DNA of 64,000 bases from Amphiscolops sp. MND2022 (Eukaryota), in contig OZ076409.1 of the NCBI GenBank assembly GCA_964187785.1, forward strand, positions 81,966,001 through 82,030,000, in the 5' to 3' direction. A program made the position numbers and the translations under genes. The stretch's first letter is position 1. Each line of letters starts with the position of its first letter. Of this stretch, positions 1-11,839 are shown piece by piece. The notes beneath the pieces were generated by a model that worked only from the letters and a program-made list of their open reading frames with translations, was not told where the DNA came from and made no database searches.

Positions 1-1770
1 AAGGGTACAACAACAATCGAATCCACGATTCAGCCAGGTGCGTTAGGCGCAATTCAATCTTGTTGAAGCTCCAACTTCAACCAAAATCACAAGTCCCGGA
101 CTTGTCGGTTAATGTCTTCTGCTGGCGACAATGTAATCTAGAAGTGTCTCTTGTCTCCGCGAGACTCAACCTTCTTCTAGTTCTCTTACTCGCTTGTCGA
201 GAAACGCGAGTGTTAATTCGAACAAGTATATTGCCTCCGGGAGACTCAACTTAATTCCAGCTTTCTAACTCGGTTCTGTCTATTCAAGTATATTCCAATT
301 CCGCTTCAATTATATTTGTTCATCGCCCGCATTTTGTTGTACCGATGTCGCTCTTTTATTTGCATGCATTTGACTTCATGTAGTTTCATTCCTTTTATGG
401 CACGGCGGCGCCCTATTTATATTTCGGACAGACATACTTCGCCGCCAACGGCAAATAGTTGAACAAATGGTTGTACAGAGTTCACATTTCAAAAATAATT
501 CAAGTCAACCGATTTATTTCCAATATCGAGCCAATCGTTTAATGACCTTCAATTACATGGTTTACACGCTCTCTACGCGTAAGGGGTACTTTTCCGTCCT
601 TTTGGGGCGCAATGCCTCGCGAATTCTCTCGCCTGACTGAAATGCATAAATTATCACCTAAAGACGCTGATTCACATGTTTTATCGTAAGTTTTTCCATA
701 TATTCAGAGATTGCATCTAAAGTGACCTTGAGGTACATCGGTGACCTTGAAGTTATTTGTCCTCACCCAAAGTTGCTGCATGCCAAGTTATGTCATCCTA
801 GTGTCAATGGTCTTCGAGTTACATGATATGCGTATCGTTTGTTTACTTAAGGCGGTCACCCCCGCATGGGTTGCAAATACGGTTCCGTTCTTATTATCAA
901 TCGACTATATTCGTTATTCCGGTCCGTTTGAGGTATTACAAGCCAAGGTCAAATGTCATTTATCGGTCAGATTAAACAAACATTACTCCGCGCGTGGTGT
1001 ATCGATCGATGTATCTTTCATGTATATTACTTAGGGTTACTAGGTGAACATCTTGGGTAAGTTTCATGATCTTCGGGTCATCCGTTGGCGATTTACATAA
1101 CGTTCGGGATTTATTTACTTAGGGTCCGTGCTCCTCCTACACGCGTCATAGGGTTCCGAAAATATGCGCAAACGGCTTAAAATCATTTGGGCTGTCGATT
1201 CTATATATAATACTACTTATTCCGTGCTTGGCTGACGAGATCGTAGGGGGGTCGACCTAGGTCTATTCCGGTGCTTATAGCCAGGACTGGGGGGTTTCGG
1301 CTCGGTTCCGTTTTTTATAAATCAGTAGCATAACAGCTCAGGTATACGTTTGCCGAATTTCAGGTCTCTAAGAATAATAGTCTTGAAGAAAACCGTTTGG
1401 GGGGAGGGGGTTTGCAGAAAATTGATGATTGGTTTTTCCTAGCGTATCTTAGAATAATTTCGCTCAAAAGTGGGACTTAGTAAAATTCGCTCGACGAGAT
1501 TGACTCTGACTTAGCAGATTCGAATCACCTCATCGCTGACGTCACTCGCTAACTTAAGCCACTCGTTAATTTTTGCCTAAGAAGTTTCGTTTGCCAAGTA
1601 AACATCAGGTTTGCCAAATGAGTTGTAATAAAACACGCTATTGTCAACCTTTTCAGCTGTTTTCACTATTCCGGCGGTCTAAAAACGTAATTAGGATAGT
1701 TTTGTTTATCATATGTACTTCGCGCAAAAGCAATGGGTTTTCGTGGACGCCAAAAACTTAAATTGCCACA
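1..1770 (-). repeat. 3' LTR (partial) of the pol-less LTR element
   Basis: Near-identical to 6688-8458; begins TGTGG on the minus strand immediately after the PPT. Confidence 0.9.
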
Positions 1771-1782
1771 CTCTTCCCTTCT
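1771..1782 (-). other. Polypurine tract
   Basis: Minus strand AGAAGGGAAGAG directly abuts the TG of the 3' LTR. Confidence 0.85.
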
Positions 1783-2138
1783 GGATTTGTATTCTCCCGA
1801 ATAAACATAACATCGTTATCGCTGCCTGAACCGTGGGATCTGGGTTAAACATAAACAATACAGTATGGATATAGGGTGGGGTTAAGGTAGTCAAACATCA
1901 ATAGCTCCGATGGTTCAAACTATCTACAATAACTGAACTAGCCTAACAACGACAATAAAGAAGACGATGAAAAATGCAATTTAAACATATTATCAGAAAA
2001 ACACCGAAATCTCATTAAAAGTATATCTCTGAAGTAAATTTTGGGGTCGGCAACCAAGACAAGAAGTCTAGTTTAGGGTTCATAATAAAGCGACGTGGGT
2101 TAACATTAAAAAAATGGTTCAAGTTATGATTTTATGAG

Positions 2139-2432
2139 TTATCTTCGCAACCTTCTCGTTTCTACCATGTAGTTGATTAAGACTCTGACCCTCTCCCGAT
2201 CCACAGGATGAAAATTCCCCGCGAAGGCGAAAATTTCTCTGAGCATCTCCAATAAGGTGGCCCACCTTCTAGTGCCCGGGGCGACTTCCACATCCCTTAC
2301 TCTGGGTCGGTTAGAACAGTGAATGCGGGCGACCATTGGTTCTTCCTCGTAATCAAAAAATATCCGCTCCACAATTACTACTTCGTCGAAATCCTCGCAG
2401 TCCCATGACCAGTAAAGCCCAATATATGTCAT
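2139..2432 (-). CDS. Hypothetical 97-aa protein in the 3' internal region of the LTR element
   Basis: ATG-started ORF with globular-looking composition (MTYIGLYWSWDCEDFDEVV...), GC-richer than its flanks, preceded by TTTTTTATAG 7 nt before the ATG. No family recognised. Confidence 0.4.
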   Translation of the reverse strand: MTYIGLYWSWDCEDFDEVVIVERIFFDYEEEPMVARIHCSNRPRVRDVEVAPGTRRWATLLEMLREIFAFAGNFHPVDRERVRVLINYMVETRRLRR

Positions 2433-3838
2433 TTAAATACTATAAAAAATTGCTACCGCTCACCAAAAAAAAACAAAATTTATCTATGCGGATCGTTCGC
2501 CGTTGAAGTCTTTGTTTACTCAGCAAATTTGCTTTGCGAAATCCGTCAACTCTTAACATTCAATGTACTGGTACCATTAAGTTAGACGATCTGCCCCTCA
2601 TCTCGAAGTGCTAGCTTTTGTTTATCTAGAAAACATCCGGACATCCTGTATCCACTAAATCGACAGTAACAAGGAGTTTTGTAACGCTCAAAATTGTAAC
2701 TCGTCGCCCTAACTAACATGGCACAAGGCCCTTTCTTACTGATTTTGACTTGTGAGTCTCAATATTTTCGCAACGTGTTTATCCTCACTCGCATGGAAAT
2801 TGGGGTGGTTCACGAGGTGCAACTAGCTGTGGAGGGGGAGGAGGACGTATTGTGCTTAACACATCTAAGCCCGGGTTGGGTGGAGTTCGTCATTTACATT
2901 CGGAACCTTGGGGTGTCTGAATTTGGGCTACCAGGAACCCAGAAACTTCGTTTTCTGATAGTACGCCAAAAACTTTGGGGCGCTCTGGCAGAGCGAACCC
3001 CTCATTTTTTTCTACTGTAAAACGTTTCATCTAATATGTCTTCTTCATCCAGTCATCCTCATGTTCCTTCATCCGAATTGATATACTGTAATTTTCCCTT
3101 TCTTTAAAAAATTGTTTAAGCTTTTTCTTTTTCCGAGTAAATCCTGAGTGTTTTTTTCAGAGGTACAGAAAGTTGCGGGGGTCTGAGACATTTAAAGATA
3201 CTGCGTGAAATAATAGATCTAGGAACGTCTTGCGGTCATAGGCATGGGGTTGTTTCAATACCAGCCAAATGCCACCTGAATAGGTCTTCATCAATCTTTT
3301 TGATTAGGGGGGGTATTTAGGGCTCAAAGAAGAAAAGACAGGTTTAGCACTGGGGTGAGAGTTATGAGAAAGGGAATGTGGGTATGCCCGTGGACACAGT
3401 ACCAGAAAAATGGTTAGTGTCGGCGGTTTGGGATAACTCAATCTAACAGCATAATTTCAACATGTGTATATAAAAAAAACAATCGGACGGGCTGGGTTCT
3501 TAAAAAGGATAGAAAAAGGCCATTCTTGAATTTCTGCGTGTAAAGTCCTCTTCTTTCTAGGCAGCGAACAAAACAAAAAAAACCTTTGTATCTTCAATAC
3601 TGTAACATCTTTCCTCCAAAAACACAAATGCTACGCCATGCAGAAATTCAGATAGTTTGGCAACATAGATGCATGATAAAAAACTAAGTCAAAATTCAAA
3701 AAAAAAGTTAGAAGTTGATGTTTGTAATTAATGACTAATCTTTTGTCACCAGTTTTCAATTGACATCTCACAGTCTCTTGGGGAGGCATCTTGTGAACAC
3801 ATTGTCGTCACCCGATGTGTCATCTATTTTATCGAGTT

Positions 3839-5713
3839 TTACGCTGCATATTCTTTCGTTTTCCACCTTCCGTGTTTCCTGTGACTGATCCAGCTGCAAG
3901 AATCGTCACTTGGCACAGCCACACTTTGCTTTCGTTCCATATTGCCATTGCGTTGACCACTGTCACGAACACGTCTTGCAGCAGGCCTCTTCTGGGTGTT
4001 CCACGCAGGTTGCGGGTGGCGGACCCACTTCCCTTCTGGAGTTGACATCTTCCTGAATCCCAGTCGCTTGAACATCGCCCCGCCACTGTCCCAAATTGAA
4101 TTTTGTTCATCACTCTTTTTCGCTGGCCGCGTAATATTCCCGAGGGTTGTTGATGTTGTACTTTTGCTTCGCATCGACTTCCAACGCGCCCGTGAAAGCT
4201 TTCTGTGGACGCCACCCACGTGTTCGGCTCTCTGTGGCACCAACCTCAGTTCATTACGAAACTCGTTCACAGCAAGTTCATCTGACTCCCAGAGAATATC
4301 CGCCAGCTTGGCGCTGCTCTTCGAGGTAGCATTCTGCTTTTCCAAGGCATTTTGATAGTCGCGTCCAACCTCGGGGATAACTTTCCAACGGATCCAACTA
4401 CGATCACTATACTCAAAAAACGTGGGTGTCTCGTCACTTCGCCACTGGGTAACCGACCAGCCATGTTCATTGAAAGTTTGATCATTTCGCGGCAACAAGC
4501 CTTCTGCGCGTCGTCGTAGCTCGCTCGGGCTCCATCTCTCGGACGACGGGAGAACCAGCGACCACAGGGTTGTGACGGGCGTTGATGTCCTGTTCAACAA
4601 AGAGTAGTTTTCCGAGATCAGCAAACGTGCCATCAATAACATCCAAGCGGTCCACAACCACCATGAGACTGGTAAGTGTTGTCTCTTCGAGATATCAGTA
4701 CCGCTTGCCACTCGCACCTCGACACTTGCTGGCTCGTGTTGTCCGTTCACTCTCGAATCTTCTGGTTGTAGCGAGGACAGTTTGTGTTTCACACCTCTTG
4801 GAACCCAGGGTTCTTGCTTTTTTCGCTTCTTTTGTCGGAAGGAGGCAAGCGTTAGCGTTTCCCTCGTTTGATTGGAAACCCGCCCAATTCCGACTTCGAC
4901 CACACATGGTTGGATCATGATTGAGAAGCACCTTTCAAGAGTCATATTTGCTCTGTATGCTCCCACTCTGTCGACGGCCATTACTTTCATTTCTCTAGAC
5001 ACCGCCTCTTTCCAATAGAGAACTGCGACGCTTCCAGTCCTGATTTCGTTCGGTTCACTGACCAGGGACTTTTGATCTGTCAGCTGCTTTCGACGCTCAC
5101 AGCACACTGATGCAACCCTGATTTTTCCTGAGCCTACTCCACCGGCTGGTCTCAAGCTTTCAGCACCTCCATTGATCCACTCACCAAATACTGGGCCTGA
5201 CATCCCGCCGTATCTTGATTCATGCAGTGTAGGGTTATCTGTCTTCTTACAAGCGGGCCTCGTTTTCTTCCCGTCTTTGATCTGTCTAAGAGCTTCTTCT
5301 AAGGTCAGTGGTTGGTACGGACAATAACTGTCAACGTCGCTATTCAGCTCGCTCCAGATCCCGTCCTTCTCATCATCTGACCACTCTTCATCACTGGAAT
5401 AGCTGCACCATTCGCTTCGTCGAGGCTGCCTATGCGCAGTACCTCCTTGTTCCCCCACAGGGTCGTCGCTATCATCTTCACTGTCTTCGCAACCCCAGTA
5501 TGACGCTTTCCACGCTGATGTTGGCCTCGCCACGCGTCCAGTGTTTGTGTGCGCAATGCTTTTTGATTTCGTTTCTTCGTTCTCACATTGGGCGGCATTG
5601 GAACCCTTTGCGTCAGCAACGTTTCCCGTCTGCTTCTCCTTCGTTAGGAGTCTAAAAGTTTGGAAAAGTTCGTCGCCCTGGACCACTCTACTGTGTTCTT
5701 GGTCCGTTGTCAA
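3839..5713 (-). CDS. 624-aa ORF of unknown function in the LTR element, in frame with the upstream gag-like ORF
   Basis: Long ORF with acidic low-complexity stretches and one hydrophobic segment (VSWWLWTAWMLLMARLLIS). No YxDD, D(S/T)G protease or DDE motif recognised. Confidence 0.55.
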   Translation of the reverse strand: MTTDQEHSRVVQGDELFQTFRLLTKEKQTGNVADAKGSNAAQCENEETKSKSIAHTNTGRVARPTSAWKASYWGCEDSEDDSDDPVGEQGGTAHRQPRRSEWCSYSSDEEWSDDEKDGIWSELNSDVDSYCPYQPLTLEEALRQIKDGKKTRPACKKTDNPTLHESRYGGMSGPVFGEWINGGAESLRPAGGVGSGKIRVASVCCERRKQLTDQKSLVSEPNEIRTGSVAVLYWKEAVSREMKVMAVDRVGAYRANMTLERCFSIMIQPCVVEVGIGRVSNQTRETLTLASFRQKKRKKQEPWVPRGVKHKLSSLQPEDSRVNGQHEPASVEVRVASGTDISKRQHLPVSWWLWTAWMLLMARLLISENYSLLNRTSTPVTTLWSLVLPSSERWSPSELRRRAEGLLPRNDQTFNEHGWSVTQWRSDETPTFFEYSDRSWIRWKVIPEVGRDYQNALEKQNATSKSSAKLADILWESDELAVNEFRNELRLVPQRAEHVGGVHRKLSRARWKSMRSKSTTSTTLGNITRPAKKSDEQNSIWDSGGAMFKRLGFRKMSTPEGKWVRHPQPAWNTQKRPAARRVRDSGQRNGNMERKQSVAVPSDDSCSWISHRKHGRWKTKEYAA

Positions 5714-5749
5714 CTCCTCTTCGTGAGCTTGTGCCTCAGCGTCAAAAAG

Positions 5750-6313
5750 TCAAACTTGATGCATTTTGCTCCACAACACATCCAATTGACTCACAAAACT
5801 GTCTTGGGGTTCCAACTCGCGGCCATTGGAGGCAGCAATCCCGGGTTGTTCTGCGACGTCTCGGAGACACTTGTCAGTCAGGCCTGAGGCACAAATTGCA
5901 ACCCAGTACTCATTACCCCTTTCTTTCACAGCGAGTGTTTTGATCGCGCCCACTCGTCGAGCATAAACAAAATCATTTTCATCCGCCCTCTGTTGAGTCC
6001 GATGAAGAAATGTTTCTTCCAGGTTTTCCATTTGCGTAAATCCAATCACTGCTAATGTTCTGCTCAGAACGTCAGTTACACTGGGGTCACCTGTTTCCAC
6101 TTCAACAGACAGCTTGTCTTCCAAAAAGGCATTGAACACAGCTGCCACGAGAGATTCAGATATCTTCTGGCAAAACTTCTGGCAGTTCCCTTTCAACTGA
6201 TCGGTTGTGCTCAAGAATTCCAGCAGCCACAATCTCCAACTGGGGGAATTGCTGCTCGGGATCTCTCCAACATCCACTTGGTCTCTCCCAAGACCTCTTT
6301 CAACTGAATCCAT
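5750..6313 (-). CDS. Retrotransposon gag-like protein (N-terminal part)
   Basis: First ATG ORF ~85 nt after the PBS; FLHRTQQRADENDFVYARRV resembles the capsid major-homology-like motif (F..R.Q...E....Y..R). Confidence 0.55.
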   Translation of the reverse strand: MDSVERGLGRDQVDVGEIPSSNSPSWRLWLLEFLSTTDQLKGNCQKFCQKISESLVAAVFNAFLEDKLSVEVETGDPSVTDVLSRTLAVIGFTQMENLEETFLHRTQQRADENDFVYARRVGAIKTLAVKERGNEYWVAICASGLTDKCLRDVAEQPGIAASNGRELEPQDSFVSQLDVLWSKMHQV

Positions 6314-6399
6314 CTACTCTGATTGATAACTCTGTAAAACCCACTAATATCTCCAACAGAGTCCACAAACGTTGTCAGTAACATCAAAAAGAATGGGTA

Positions 6400-6417
6400 G
6401 CCCACCCAGGAGCGCCA
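6400..6417 (-). other. Primer binding site, tRNA-Asn-like
   Basis: Minus strand TGGCGCTCCTGGGTGGGC, 1 nt after the LTR end; close to the complement of the animal tRNA-Asn 3' end as recalled (TGGCGTCCCTGGGTGGGC). Confidence 0.75.
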
Positions 6418-6418
6418 C

Positions 6419-8458
6419 TGTAAGAAAATCCACTTCGGGGGTCGGAAAGAGTTTTACCTCCAATTGGAAGCTTAACAGACAAAAAGGTTGTTTTAGTGAG
6501 TTAGCCGATTCTCTTGAAGTTACTGTCAATTTCTCTCTCCAAATAATGCTCTTTCGGCTCACGGTTTCCAAAAGCTTCGAGTAATGGAATAATAAAGTTA
6601 CTTCTCTAACGAAAACAATAACACTAAGTAATTCCAATCAGTCAAACTAACTAATATTCATCAAGTACTATCTACAATTCTCAGTGGAAGGGTACAACAA
6701 CAATCGAATCCACGATTCAGCCAGGTGCGTTAGGCGCAATTCAATCTTGTTGAAGCTCCAACTTCAACCAAAATCACAAGTCCCGGACTTGTCGGTTAAT
6801 GTCTTCTGCTGGCGACAATGTAATCTAGAAGTGTCTCTTGTCTCCGCGAGACTCAACCTTCTTCTAGTTCTCTTACTCGCTTGTCGAGAAACGCGAGTGT
6901 TAATTCGAACAAGTATATTGCCTCCGCGAGACTCAACTTAATTCCAGCTTTCTAACTCGGTTCTGTCTATTCAAGTATATTCCAATTCCGCTTCAATTAT
7001 ATTTGTTCATCGCCCGCATTTTGTTGTACCGATGTCGCTCTTTTATTTGCATGCATTTGACTTCATGTAGTTTCATTCCTTTTATGGCACGGCGGCGCCC
7101 TATTTATATTTCGGACAGACATACTTCGCCGCCAACGGCAAATAGTTGAACAAATGGTTGTACAGAGTTCACATTTCAAAAATAATTCAAGTCAACCGAT
7201 TTATTTCCAATATCGAGCCAATCGTTTAATGACCTTCAATTACATGGTTTACGTGCTCTCTACGCGTAAGGGGTACTTTTCCGTCCTTTTGGGGCGCAAT
7301 GCCTCGCGAATTCTCTCGCCTGACTGAAATGCATAAATTATCACCTAAAGACGCTGATTCACATGTTTTATCGTAAGTTTTTCCATATATTCAGAGATTG
7401 CATCTAAAGTGACCTTGAGGTCCATCGGTGACCTTGAAGTTATTTGTCCTCACCCAAAGTTGCTGCATGCCAAGTTATGTCATCCTAGTGTCAACGGTCT
7501 TCGAATTACATGATATGCGTATCGTTTGTTTACTTAAGGCGGTCATCCCCGCATGGGTTGCAAATACGGTTCCGTTCTTATTATCAATCGACTATATTCG
7601 TTATTCCGGTCCGTTTGAGGTATTACAAGCCAAGGTCAAATGTCATTTATCGGTCAGGCCCGCGCGTCCGGTCCCGCGTGCCTTAAACAAACATTACTCC
7701 GCGCGTGGTGTATCGATCGATGTATCTTTCATGTATAATACTTAGGGTTACTAGGTGAACATCTTTGATAAGTTTCATGATCTTCGGGTCATCCGTTGGC
7801 GATTTACATAACGTTCGGGATTTATTTACTTAGGGTCCGTGCTCCTCCTACACGCGTCATAGGGTTCCGAAAATATGCGCAAACGGCTTAAAATCATTTG
7901 GGCTATCGATTCCATATATAATACGACATATTCCGTGCTTGGCCGACGAGATCGTAGGGGGGTCGACCTAGGTCACTTCCGGTGCTAATAGCCCGGGGCT
8001 CGGTTCCGTTTTTATGGACAAGTAGCATAACAGCTCAGGTATACGTGTGCCAAATTTCAGGTCTCTACAATTAATAGTCTTTGAGAAAACCCGTTTGGGG
8101 GGAGGGGTTTGCAGAAAATTGATGATTGGTTTTTCCTAGCGTATCTTAGAAAAATTTCGCTCAAAAGTGGGACTTAGTGAAATTCGCTCTGAGAGATTGA
8201 CTCTGACTTAGCAGATTCGAATCACCTCATCGCTGACGTCACTCGCTAACTTGTTAATTTTTGCCTAAGAAGTTTCGTTTGCCAAGTAAACATCAGGTTT
8301 GCCAAATGAGTGGTATTAAAACACGCTATTGTCAGCCTTTTCAGCTGTTTTCACTATTCCGGCGGTCTAAAAATGTAATTAGGATAGTTTTGTTTATCAT
8401 ATGTACTTCGCGCAAAAGCAATGGGTTTTCGTGGACGCCAAAAACTAAAATTTCCACA
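6419..8458 (-). repeat. 5' LTR (2040 bp) of the pol-less LTR element
   Basis: TG...CA termini, adjacent PBS, and direct repeat with 1-1770. Confidence 0.88.
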
Positions 8459-10689
8459 CTTCGGTACCCAAGCATCGGTACCCAAATTTGTTCTCCTAAA
8501 GGAGTAAACCCACCAAACCTCTTTTGAAAATAGCCTGCCCTTTCAGATTCAGTATTATCGAAAGTATTATCGTGAAAGTTGTACAAAATAGATTTGTTTT
8601 TTCAGTTGAGGGTGGAATTTTTTCCACCCAGGGCATCTTTGAATGCATCTTTGAAAATCTGTGAAGTTTTTGAAAACCAACTGAATAAACTAGTTTAAAA
8701 GCTAAAAAATTATGAAGCCATTGTTTTTTTTGAAACGATAAGATCTTGGAAAGCATTTTGATGATGCACATTTCAAATTTGTTGGTAACTTGTAGATAGT
8801 GTCTGATATGTACCACTTCTGTAAGATCCTTGCAAGAAATGTATGGGAGTTCGACTGGGGTACATAAGCTTTTAGCTCGTTGACTGGATTCGTTCAACTA
8901 TATGCTATTATACCATTTATACAGCATTAAGCAGAATGGAAAGTTTTGTACCTCAATTATGAAAAATTGAAATCCAACTTTGCGAACATTATATTGAAAA
9001 ATAAACCATGTTTCAGAGAAATTTTTGGTTATCAAGAGTTGCGAAAAAATTACAGGTTGTTAGTGGAAACACATTTCTGATAATAGCTTAGTGAAAACCC
9101 AAAAACAGCAGCTGTAAACTAAATATACTCTGCTATTAATTGTGTTTCGTGACAATTCTTCTCTCGCAATGTGTTTATTTCTTGTAGTGGTATCAAAACA
9201 ATTGCGACACTTCCAAGGGTTTGAATTTTCTAGGTTTTATGAAAAGTAACACCACATGCAGCCTTGCAGCATGTAAAAAGTTCCAGCAGTCCAGACTAGG
9301 GAAAACAAGACCCTTAGAAACGACAATTTCATTACCGCTGGTGTTGGTTTCATGTCACTTCTGGAAAGAACAGAACCCAATCAAAACTTCTCTAGTTGAA
9401 CAAGAATTTGATTCTAGTTTCAGCTCCTTTTTATAGCATTCTCCTAAACGTTTTTATGGCTCAAAATCTTGAATCTTCGAAATTGCTTCTCACAAACAAG
9501 AAACTCCATTTCTTTTTTAAATAAATACAAACGTCATTTTCTCTTTCTGATCGGCGATAAAGCTTTTCGGTTGAAAAAAAAATCAGTTAAAAACAAACTA
9601 ATTGTTAATAGCACTCAGCTATCTTTGAACCCAAAGGTCAGTCTTCGAACTTCATAAATGATCAGAAAAGCTCATCAAATTTGATAAAAGAATTGATAAA
9701 AAATATTTTGAATCAATTACCTTTTCGAAATACCAATGCCATTTCTTTCTTTGAGCCTTCAAAACGTTGTTATTTAGGCATGACTTCGCTCAAAGGACAG
9801 TTTTGACTTTGTGGGGTATAAGCGATGAACTTGCTGCCATTCATGTTTAATTGGTCTTTCTGTCAAAGAAACTGTCAAATTTTCGATTGTTTCTATTTAC
9901 TAACTCCTTTACGACCTGCCAATTTTTGGTTGGCAGAAATTTCATTTCAAACCTCTTGTTTATTTGTCAGGCTGACAAAAGCACAATAGTCCCTAAAGAC
10001 GCAGAAGCATTCTTGTCAAATCCAAGAATACATAGGTGGTTTTCTGAATATAATAGAACCAAATGGGAGAACATTGGGTGTCTTTCTTATAATAAACATT
10101 ACGGATGTGCAACCTTCAGATCTTAACAAACCAACCCCCTTCCCTCACCTAACAGCCAGAAAAATTACTTTGCAAAATTTATCAATCAACGACTGCAAGA
10201 CAACAGTAGCGAATTGCGCTATTGCTAAATGACAGTGTCTAACGAGTTCGAAATTTCACCACCTTTGAAACATTTCCATGTTGTAATATTTGGAAAACAA
10301 TAAATCTACAAACATGGAAAATCTTTTGTCGCAGCAGTCTTGTTCGTTTTTGGAATCTCTACTGAAATATTTCACTTGAATATGATGTTTTCAAGCATGA
10401 AAAGCATTACCCTAACCTTTTAAAAGACTATTACATACCCTATCAAATTTGCACGGAAGTTTTGGATGATTTTCTAGACTTCCTATTTTTGATTGGTAAA
10501 AAACGTCTATTGGTGTAAACATCGCGTCTGACTTTGCTGAACTACCAATTTGTCATCCAAGTTAGGATAAAAAACTTGAAAGTTTGTAAGTTTGCACCAG
10601 TTGATTCCGATTTTTTTTTCAAAACCGCTGTTCCGATCGGGGAGAAAAACTGCAGACATATACTATAGACTTTTGACTTCCTTACGGGT

Positions 10690-11127
10690 TTTTAGTCGGC
10701 GCCTTTTCCCTTAAGCAAAAAAGCCCGACTATTGCAGTGGGTAGTTGTTTTTTCAGCTGACAATCTCACTTTGAATGGTCCACTTTTCTTACAATTCTTA
10801 ATTAGCTTACGAAGTAGTATTTTTTCATAATCTAAGAAACTCAACGAGGCCAAAGGATACTGCCTTATAGTATTTTCGGCTCTGTGAGACTTTTTTTGGA
10901 AAAAAAAATTTCACCGAAGGATCCCCCTTCAATTTTTTTATATTTTCCGACAGAATGGATATTGTAAAATCCCAAAGGGTCCCTTTCAGTTTTTTTCGGC
11001 ATTGTGAGAATTTTTTCAAAAAAATCATAAAAGGGTCCCCAATTCAACAATACTTTGACATTTTGAAGTCCTTTTGGTATTTTTGAGCCTTAGATATGGC
11101 GCCGACTTGGGCCGTTCCCGGTTTGTT
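10690..11127 (-). mobile_element. Non-autonomous interspersed repeat, HINE/DINE-1 (Helentron-associated)-like; other copies at ~25619-25945 (+), 39164-39692 (-), 39916-40255 (-), 41253-41751 (+), 50370-50924 (-), 51474-52047 (+)
   Basis: Shared end AACAAG.CGGGAACG...AAGTCGGCGC.ATATCTAAGGCTCAAAAA, internal AAAGGGGGACCCTTT repeats, and at the other end the subterminal inverted GCGCCGACTAAAA within a short stem-loop. The family label is inferred from architecture. Confidence 0.6.
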
Positions 11128-11839
11128 ATTTTTAGCTACAATAACGAAACTTGCTTAAGATGTTCACGACAGAACCCAAACAAAATGAACAAAAGCGACA
11201 TTTCTTAGCTCATTGTTTCACGAGTTTAGTTTACTTAACCTCGACAGTCCTTTCGTTCAAAACTGAGGACGTTAGTGGAGACCTGTATTCCTTCATTTAC
11301 ATTACGTAACACTATCGGCAGCCAATAGGAAGCAGGTAAAACGTTTGTATGAATAGAAACTGCATTTTGAATCTAACCATACGACTGGAAAATGAGAATT
11401 GCAAAGCTGATGTTTGAAATTTATCAATTTTTACAGAGTGGTGGTAAATAAAGGAAAAAAATTCGAGCGGAGATTAGAGATATTCGCTCACAGTGCATAC
11501 CTGATTCATTCAAAGGTGCAAAGCTGAAAGCACTTTATTCCATAAACGCAATTGTCAGCTAAAGTTGGCCTCAATTGAGGACGCTTCAGACTGAAGCTTC
11601 AGACTTAAACAATAAAATCACAACAACAAAACATCCTTCGATTTACATTTGTTTTATTTTCTTTTTCCGTCACAATGAGTGAAAATCACTTTTGTTCAAG
11701 ATTTGAAATAACTTCATGGCAAGAGATTCTTGCCGATATCATTTTTGATCCAAATGATGCAAACTTTGAGACAATTGGGGGTTGAAACCGGAGTTCGACA
11801 ATTTCAACTAAAGGAAAACTCGGAACGCTACGTAATCAT

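Larger units (their letters stand above)
1..8458 (-). mobile_element. Non-autonomous LTR retrotransposon (gag-like ORF, no recognisable RT/RNase H/integrase) with ~2-kb LTRs; 3' LTR runs off the window start
   Basis: Positions 1-1770 are a direct repeat of ~6688-8458. On the minus strand the full LTR (8458-6419) reads TGTGG...CTTACA and is followed by a PBS (6417-6400). The second LTR is preceded by a polypurine tract (1782-1771). Confidence 0.9.

Noticed and set aside
60..1761. ORFs duplicated at 60/6684, 741/7428 and 1573/8261
   Set aside because: They are incidental frames inside the two LTR copies, mostly with non-ATG starts and no recognisable domain.
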